Below, in pieces: positions 55,083 through 64,000 of a stretch of DNA of 64,000 nucleotides. This stretch comes from Monocercomonoides exilis PA203. Its lineage: Eukaryota > Protista > Preaxostyla. Where the stretch lies: the NCBI GenBank assembly GCA_001643675.2, contig LSRY02000015.1:62001-126000 (forward strand), given 5' to 3'. The notes beneath the pieces are model-generated. The model was not told the origin of the DNA. It searched no databases and saw nothing but the letters and a program-made list of their open reading frames with translations. Position numbers and translations under genes: made by a program. Within the stretch, counting starts at the first letter, position 1; every line of letters starts with the position of its first letter.

Positions 55083-57914
55083 TCAGGCAAGAATGCCCAT
55101 CGGATCCCACGCAGGAAGAGTGAATGGAGGCTTGAAGTAGTTCTCCTGCAGAGTTTTTGGCAACAGCCATATGGGACAGGCTATTTCAGTGACAAAATCA
55201 TCAAACCAACTCTGAACACAGAAATGTTTTATTGTTGCGAGGATGCATTGGATAAAATCGTTTCGAAGCATAAAAATGAGAAAATCAACAATTTATCCAA
55301 GAATTGAGAGTAAAAAAAGATTCATTTCATCAAATTAAACATCATCAAAAAGAATACTAAAGAACAAAATATTTGAAATTTAATAAAAAATGAATCACAT
55401 GCAAACATCGCTCATTATCAAAAACCCATCGTAATTATCAGAGCCCCAACCTACAATGACCCACATCCAGAAAATATCCACATGAAGCACAGTTATGCAA
55501 AAAATGATGTGAAAAAAATATGGATTTAACAAAACAGTTGAATAAAGAGAAAAGATTAAAAAAGAAAAAGAAAAAGAAGTCAGATGATTAATGAAAATCA
55601 TTATTCACACTGTTTTCGACCCTCCATCTGTCAACAGGAGGGTTGCTTTCCCACTCAGAGAGAGGCGAATCAGGCGTCAAATAAGCAGAAGGAAGCTGCG
55701 TGTTTGAATTGAAACAGACTCTTTTCATTTTTTCTCTTGTTTCTACTCCTTCATTTTCATCTTTTGTCTTCAACTTTGCTTTCTCCTTCTTTCTTTTGAG
55801 CTCTTCGATTTCCTCATCACTGAATGATCGATTGAATCCAGTGAATAACATTGCATGACTCATGGCTGTCTGCTGATACCTAATACGGTCTGCTTTGCTC
55901 CACTTTCCATAATTCATAACCTGCTCATCTTTCACATCAGCATCGTCTGAAGAGGCAGAAGAAGAAGAAGTTGTTGATGATGATGATAAGGGAGAGAGCA
56001 CGGATGAGCCATAAACATTGTCAAGATTGTAGAATTCATATCCCATCATCGCTTTACTTCGTGACACAAACTGCCCCATCGAACAACCAAACCAAACTGG
56101 AATCTTCTCTTTCTGTATCATCTGCACCACAATGTTCTTCAATACACCAATCGGCACATTCAAATATCGAGGTGACGTCCGGATACAACGTGGATGGAGC
56201 TCATGCAGCAATGCGCAACGCTCTGCAAGAGAAAGGGAAGGACATGGATCTTGCAGCTGACGAAGTGGAGATGTCGAAGGAGAGGAACTTTTCACAGACA
56301 TTTCTTTAGCACTGAGCTTATCGTTCTCTTCTTCTTCAAGTGCTGTCTCATCATCATCATCTTCTTCTTCTTCTGAATCTTCCTCCTCTTTCTTCTCATC
56401 TTCTTTCTTTCCTCCTTCTTTTTCATCTTCTTTTGCAGCTTCCTTTGAATCACTCTTTTTGTTTTTTGATTTCTTCTCAACTGAGCGAATCCATTTGCCT
56501 CTGTATTTCTCGTCAACAGTTCCTTTCCCTTCTTCCTCGTTCTCATCAGAGCCCAAATATCCGATTCCTTCCACATTCATCACTTCATATTTTGGCGCAG
56601 TCTCTCCTTCTCCTCTGTCATCGTTCACCAGACATACAAAGTCACTCAGATCAATTTCACCATACTTTCTGTACATCTCCTGAGGTGTTACGTTCATCAG
56701 CTTAACCTCTTTCTCTGTCTTGTTGTTGTGGTAGGTGTATGTGAACCTCTTCGGAGGATCACCGAGATGCAGTGCAAGCAAGCGATAGACGAAGCACAGC
56801 TGTTGCAATTTCACTTCTCTCAACTTTGCTTCAGACTGAATGAGCATACGAAAAGAGAATGAAACAAAGAGGATTAAATATTTGTTTGCAACGGAATTAT
56901 TTCAGATGGAAAGTTTGCCAGATAAATTGAATCCAAATTGTATGGGAAATAAGAGTAATTTATTTAAAAATGAAGCAAATTATAATATAAATACCAGAGC
57001 AAATGATTATCTCTTTCATCAAAAAGCACACGTTTCATTCATACAATCTTTTCATTTGTCATTTTTCGCAAAATGCACCCGAATTCACGGAGTTTGTCTT
57101 GCATCATTTTTTCATTGTTAATGATGCATTTGATGAAACTGTTTCTGGATATACACACTGTGGAACACATCCATATTTGCTCACAATCGTAACAAATTGA
57201 TCAAACTGCCCACCATCCTCCCCACATTTATCCTGTTGAAGTTCAAAGGGGAGTTAAAAAAAAAGTTCATTGAAATTTCAATTCAAACAAAAATCTCTGA
57301 GACAAAACGATCTCCTGCTGGTAAATGAGCGCTGGCGATGCACATTTCCAAGAAAAAGTTGGCCCTTTCAAACTGGAAGAAAAACAAAAAACAAAAATAT
57401 CATTGATAAAAAAATAAACATAAATGATAATCAATACTTTATCCCAAAAAAAGAAATAATTCCGTGATAATTGAAGTTTACTGTTATGAAGTCGTTTTTT
57501 CATGACATATTGCAACAACGTTGTTCCAGCAAAAATCCAACATCTTCCCGATGACTTTTGGCTTTGATAATTGTTTGAATAATAGTTTTTCACGAAAGAT
57601 AAATTTGAATAAGTATAAATGAACAGAACTCCGAAGCTTTCCAATCATCCAATTTATTGCTAAAATAAACGTCATTCATTGAAGTGATTGCAGATCGATC
57701 AAGAACAACATCATCAATCCTAAAGATGAAAGATAATCATAAAGAACATTATTCTTCCATTCCAAATTAAAAGAATCCCGAACCTACACATTGTCATAGG
57801 CGAAGCAAGCACTTTGAATCGCTCATCTTTTTGGACAATATCTCTGAATTCCTCCAAATGCTCGTCAATTTCATTTTTTCTCCCCCTTTCATGCATAAAA
57901 AAAAATGATTTCAT
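55083..57914 (-). CDS. BLMH: Bleomycin hydrolase / aminopeptidase C (peptidase C1B), multi-exon
   Basis: Catalytic motifs QKSSGRCWIFAG (Cys), MSHAMLFTG (His) and WRVENS|WG (Asn). Also EDGGQF, KYGCVP, PVWFGC and the C-terminal LPAWDPMGILA. The start is uncertain. Confidence 0.93.
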
Positions 57915-58173
57915 AAGAGTCAGATAAATACACTTAGATTCTTTTTATTCATTTCATCGTTTTTGCATACTCTAGTTTTTCAAGTATTTCTCCTTTTCGG
58001 AAAATACATGCTTCCATTGATTAACTATTATCGTTTTTGATCACTTTCAAAACTTTGAAAAGATTTAACTTTTATATTTATTTCTATGAAACAAAATACA
58101 TACAAATACGAGAATTTAAATACAAAAGCATTCAAAAGAAACAAAACAAAAATTCACAATAACAATTATTTTT

Positions 58174-61092
58174 TCACTCCTTTTTTTCAACAGAATCCAC
58201 CATATGCAAAACAAGAGCAACCCTACTTGGAATATACACTTGTATCGAATGATAATGACCATCCCAAGAAATTGGACTTGAGAAATATTCTGAATCTTCT
58301 TCTATTCTTCCACCTCCACCAAACTCTTTGGAATCAGTATTCAAAACTATCTTATATTTTCCAGGCTGCCTAACACCCACTTTGAAATCAGCATATGAAG
58401 CCGTCGGATGGAAATTGAACAAGAAAACAAGCCCCTTCCGTTCAAATGCAATGATTTTCTGTGTGTTGTCGTGCTTCGCCTGGCTGAAGTGGGGCTCCGT
58501 CATCCAATGGAACTGTTCATCCACCTCAATCATCCTCCTCTCAAAGTGCATCAAATATTTGAAGCGCAGGCCTTCATCCTCCATCAAACTCCACCGCCTG
58601 CGGCAGTGCTCAAACGACCAGCCGTTCTCCTTGCGCGGAAAATCAATCCATTTCGGATGGCCGAATTCGTTTCCCATAAACGTCAATGTTCCTTCCCCGC
58701 CCAATGCAAACGTAATCAGCCTGATCATCTTGTGGAGTGCGATTCCTCTGTTGATGTTGATCGTTTCTTCACGCAGACAAGACATCGACGTCTCCAGCTC
58801 ATCCCCCATCAGCTTCTGTGACAAGGTGCACTTTCCTTGCAGCGCTTGGTCGTGGCATTCACAATACGCAATTGTTTTCTCTGAATAACTGCACAATGAT
58901 GACAAAGAAGAAAAAAAGTCATTCATCAAATAGACATCAAAAACAAGAATAAATAAATAAATAAATAAATAAATATGACTGAAAAAAACGAATGATTTAT
59001 TGTTTCAATTGAGAATAAGATAACAAAATACCATCACCGTCTGTCAGTCATCACGTTCCACAAGCTATCCATGTTCCAGTCTTCGTCCTTCAACAAGACC
59101 AGAATTTCTAATAAATCAGGTATTCCCATCGAAAAGCGATAGTCAAAGCCAATGCCACCTTCACTAACAGGCCGACACAGACCAGGCATCCCAGAAACAT
59201 CTGAATGAAAACAATGATGATTGAAAAAAATCATAGAAATCCAAACAGAAAAAAATGAAGTTCAAAAGAAAAAAATTGATAGCAAATTTCTTTTGATGAG
59301 AAAGACAGACCTTCAGCAATTGTGATGATGTCACTTTTGAGTGTGTGCAGCATGTCGTTTGCCAGCTTCAAATATGTGATGGCATCTTCATCTGCTGAAG
59401 AGTCAAAATAGTCATCGCAGCCTGAATGAATATCAGCAGATCACATTCATCAATAAAATAAACATAATGAGAAAAAAGTTTTATTTCTATCATTTATTGT
59501 TGAAATCAATACAATATTAAATTAAATAAAAAGAAAGATGTTGTTTTATTTACACACTCACACAAATATTTTGCATCAGTCTTTTATTTTCTTGATTTTC
59601 TTTTCTTCTTTTCTTAATTTTATTTTGTTTCATTAAAAATAATCACACTCGTGTATATCTTGTTTATTCCATGATGTTTATAAAGCATCGAGCCAACTCC
59701 GTCAAACCGAAACCCGTCAAAATGGAATTCCTCGACCCAAAACCTCAGATTCGACAGCAAAAACCGCTTCGTCTCCCAAACGCCGTAGTCAAACACCCTC
59801 GTCTTCCACAGCTTGTGAATGCCTCTCTCTCCGCTGTGGAAAAAATACGTGTCGCTTCCATCGAAGCTGTTGAGCCCGTCTTCGCTGTTGCTCGATGCGT
59901 GTGCATGCACCACGTCCATCAGCACGAGAAGCCCTTCGGCGTGGCACTGGTCGATGAAGGATGCGAGCTCAAAAGGCGTTCCTGCAGAGAAATTTGATTG
60001 TTTGAATTTTGTTTTGCAAAAAAGAATATTTATCAGTAAAAATTGTTGTGATTTTGGAGAAAAATTAAAAAAATAAATAACCATTTCACAGAACAATGAT
60101 AACAACACAAAATTCAGCAAGCCCCACAAACCGAATCTTCCACTCGGAGAAAAATAGGAGGTGACCTGATAACCGAAGCTCGGATAATACGCATGCTCGG
60201 CAACACCCATCAATTCAATAGCGTTGTAACCCATTGCTTTTGCGTGGGGTATTATTATTTTTGCTCCCTCGTTCCAAGTGGTTATTTTCTTTTCCTCGCT
60301 GCTCATTCCAATGTGTACTTCATATATCCGCAGAGTGTCGGGTTTACGAGGCGAGTCATGAGTAAATACAGAACTCAATGAAACTTCTGGATTCCTAAAG
60401 AACGGAGGGAAAAAATGAGATATACATTTAAAAACTCTTCACATCGAACCAAAGTCGCGCATCAAGCGGAGCAATGCCATCTTGTGTTGTGATTCTTGAC
60501 CATGGAGATATCCTGTGAAGCTGCTTCCCGTTTTTCAAGAATATAATTGTCTAAAAAAGTCGCAATTGAAAGTAATTTTTTAATCTTTTGAAGCACGTCA
60601 CGAAGTATCAGATAATGAGCAAACTTTCATTTTGTCATAATGTTTTGGAAACGGAGCACGATCCACACGAGTTAGAAATCCTTCCCAAATGCCATATTCT
60701 TTGAGTGAGCAACGTATTCCTCTTGTAAAATCAAAATCGCACCATTCCCCAACAAGATAAACACCTGCTGCATCTGAGTTTATTTGATATTAAATTTGGA
60801 ATTTTTTAAAAACAAAATAAAAACTTGGTGCCCATTCGCGATATAACAATACATCTCCAATTATGTGGATTCCAAAACGTTCATATGAAGTAGAAAATGA
60901 AAGAAGGCTATTTTCAGCCTTTTCAATATCGCTTTTAACCTTCAAAAATCGTTCATGACGAATATTTATTGTACTGGCGTATTTTTCAAGATTAGGATCA
61001 TCTTAATGAGAAAATCTTGTCGTAGAATTCAGTTTTGTACTCATACCTTTTATTAAAGTTAAAACATGTTCCGTAGAAGGCAAAACCGACAT
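58174..61092 (-). CDS. GBE1: 1,4-alpha-glucan (glycogen) branching enzyme, GH13 eukaryotic type, multi-exon
   Basis: YREWAP, IYEVHIGMSS, EHAYYPSFGYQVT, DVVHAHAS, FDGFRFDGVGSMLY, IAE|DVSGMPGLCRPVSEGGIGFDYR, YCECHDQAL and FMGNEFGHPKWIDFPR; inferred ATG at 61092. Confidence 0.95.
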
Positions 61093-61222
61093 GTAATTGT
61101 AAGTGAGAAAAGTGTTAAGGGATTTTTGAAATGAAAATGAAACAAAAAACACTCTAAAAATCCTATATAACAACAAAAAATTATAAAAGCAAAAACAATA
61201 ATAATTTATAATTGGATAGCAT

Positions 61223-62035
61223 TTACTCTTTATTTGTTAAATCACTTGGATAAGGTTCAATTGGATAAGGGTCTTGTGGATTATTTAGATTGGCATTTGA
61301 AGGTCTCCGAAAAGCAGCAAGTGGTTGATATTCCTGAGGCTGATATTCCTGAGGCTGATATTCTTGTGGTTGATATTCTGGTACTTGGTACCCCGTTGGC
61401 TGAGTTGGTGGAAGTGCTTGAATAGAAGGTTGTGGAAGTGCGGTGAGATGAGTTGAAGGCTGACCTGGAACAACAGTTGTTTGCATTCTAAGCATTGCTT
61501 GCTGTTTTCTCGCAGCTACAATTCTAGCTATTGATCTAATTTCCGCATTACGCTGGCTTGTCATCCCAGGAATTAAAAAGACATCAAGCAGCTGTCCAAA
61601 AGTGCACAGCCCTAATGTTAAAAAATAGACCAACCCAGTTGTTCTGTCTCCATAGTAGCATCGATGCATTCCACACACCAACACAGCACCTAGAGCACAC
61701 AAGCAGTATGCAATATATGAATGGAATAACCCTTGTCCCCAAGCTGGAACTCCATCACTTAAAGTGTGCTGAATTGACGGTGACCTAAAACAAAGAAAAG
61801 GCTACTGATAATAACTCATTCAGCTAAAAAATTCATACCATTTTGCTCCTAAAAATGTGTTAGGAAGTTGATATGTTGTTATTAGGTCATCAAGAGGTTG
61901 TATTAACAGAGGCTGAAGAGAGATCCCACTGCTTGATGGTGCCTGAAATACCGCAGGTGCAGCATTAGGCAAAGTACCATATTGTACTAACTGGTTTTGT
62001 TGTTGAAGATATTGCGTAGGAACATCAGGATCCAT
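61223..62035 (-). CDS. TM2-domain membrane protein with Gln/Pro-rich termini
   Basis: Intron 61838-61785 joins the two ORFs in frame. AYCLCALGAVLVCGMHRCYYGDRTTGLVYFLTLGLCTFGQLLDVFLIP matches the TM2 GxHRFYxG...LTxG...D pattern. C-terminal (YQPQE)3 repeat. Confidence 0.8.
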
Positions 62036-62300
62036 TAAAAAAAAATAAATCGATCTTGTTAACTATAAGAAAATTTTATTGTTATTTATGATTTTTTCCC
62101 ACGCAACATAAAGCATTGTTAAATTATGATATCTTCATTAACATCTTCTAACGTATGTTTTTATTTCCTTTTTCTTGCGTTGAAACACAAAATTACACAA
62201 AATAAGTTATTTAGGACAGTTTTTAATAATGCAGTTTCAAATCAATTTACCGAGGTATGCTTTGCATTGATGAATAAATGCTCCTAATCAATATTTCAAG

Positions 62301-64000
62301 AATTCACAAGAAAGCTTGTCCGTTGATGATTTAGTTGGAGCTTCAGTTTTACATGAATTATCGAGCAAAAATGCACCATATTCGCTAACAAGTTCATCAC
62401 CTTATATGGATCAACTTAATTTTATTAACGATGCTCATAACGCTGATGAAACAGAAAAATTTCAGCATCTTATAAGAAACCAAAAAGAGAAAATTTCATC
62501 AACTTTGGTAAATGAAGAATGGATTCAAAAACCACAAGTTCAGGAAATAAATTCTAGAAGAACTATTTTCGACATTTCTTCTTCAAGTATTTTGTCTCAA
62601 CCATCGGAATCTTCTTTTCTCCTCAAAAAATCTTTTCTTGAACAAGATATTGAGAATGCACAAAATATTCACTCTCAAAAAGCATCTAAATACAAACTAC
62701 AAGATGAGAAAGCACATTTTCAACTTTCTTCTTCTTCTTCTTCTGATTTTCTACAAAATGATGCAATATCTTCTGACATTGTCATTTCAAAGAACGTTAC
62801 CTTAAAAACCTTAGAAAAGACTTACGGATGCGACATGCAGACTGATGACGGGCTGTCGAAAAGCTCGAGAATAGCAGGCGTTAAAAAGAGCGAGCTTTTG
62901 AGCAAATGGCAGCGCGAAGATGCGTCCGACGCAACAGCATTTTTCTTGAGCAAACGTGAAAAGGATCCCGGAGCAAATGTTAAGAAATCAGAAATCAACT
63001 TTGATGAAAAAATAGACAAAAATGAAGAAAACTCAGATGCATTTTCGGAAAATTCGTCTGTTTTTGAGATGTCATATAAAACTGAGGGAGAGCAGAATGA
63101 AGAAGGGGAAGAAGGAGAAATGCCCAGTTCGAAATCAAACAAGTACTACAAAATGAGGCAGGCGACAGTGAAAAAGCAGGTCCGCGAGGCGAAAGAGTAC
63201 TTCCAGCTGTTTGGCGAGTGGGTCAGCAAGGAATGGGGCATCGACGAGAGAGAAGCAGCGATGTGGGAGAAGGCGAGGAGGAAGACGATGAAGGAAGAGG
63301 AGCAAAATGCAAATGAGATCAAAACAGGGATGGCTTCAGAGGCGACGGTGGAGGAGATGAGAAGCAGGCTGATGGAGGCGCAGGCAGAAGGGGCAGAGGG
63401 AAAAGAAGTGGATGAGTTGAAGAAGGAAATAGAGAAAAGAGAGAAAAAACTTGAAAAACGTCAGAAAAGCGAGGAGTTGACAGGGCTTGAGCGGTTTTGG
63501 ATTCAAGAAGAGAAGAAGAAAGCAGAAAAAATGAGGAGAGAGAAGAGTGAGGAAGGAGGAGCGAACGAAGAAGACAAAGTGAAATTTGGATATTGGCTGA
63601 TTTCTGAGGAATCGCCGTTCAAATTCACAGATACATTTAGCAGAGAATGGATACGAAGCATCAAAAATACTCATTCAAAACGAGGAAATACAACTGATTC
63701 AGATGAAATTCACTCAAAATTTCAACCTGAAACAAATCAGCAGCGTCAAAAAGCTTTACCATATTTGTCATCTTCTGTGCAACAAGAATTACCAGATGCT
63801 CCAGAATCAATGACATTCGTGTCTTCCATTTTGAATTCTGCAAATGAACAAATGAATCATTCACTCAAACAACAAAATGCTCTGCCAATCAAAAATATAA
63901 GCAGCTTTCATAATTCTGCCTTAAATTCTGTACATCCAATTACAAATACTTTCTCTCAATCAACTTCATCTAAAGAGTTTAGTCAATCTTCTCTCTCTTT
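62301..64000 (+). CDS. Hypothetical Ser/Glu/Lys-rich protein, partial (runs off the window; small upstream exons likely)
   Basis: The frame starting at 62301 (NSQESLSVDD...) is open to the window end (~565 codons) and is preceded by a GAG|GTATGC...TTCAAG intron. Not in the ORF track because it has no stop. Confidence 0.7.

Overview
AT-rich eukaryotic DNA with short GT-AG introns and the standard genetic code (TAA ends the conserved C-termini of ribosomal protein P2 and FKBP12). The gene-family content resembles an oxymonad such as Monocercomonoides exilis; this is my inference from recognition, not from a search. The left ~43 kb is accessory. It holds two giant intronless, divergently oriented surface proteins built from Cys-capped GGA/FxxN beta-helix-type modules. 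The complete one has a single TM helix and a degenerate kinase-like tail, and a third copy is a truncated fragment. It also holds three copies of a lineage-specific helical gene family and a decayed Merlin/ISXO2 transposase. A 988-bp foldback element with long TIRs and a 4-bp TSD lies ~0.9 kb from an intron-split Sola-like DDD transposase that the ORF track shows only as fragments. The right ~21 kb is a compact housekeeping block: CAND1-like, a coiled-coil gene, plant-type FKBP12 with a GC-AG intron, bleomycin hydrolase, glycogen branching enzyme, a TM2-domain gene and a partial long ORF. No rRNA, tRNA or CRISPR features were seen. Exon boundaries were worked out by hand and need RNA-seq confirmation.
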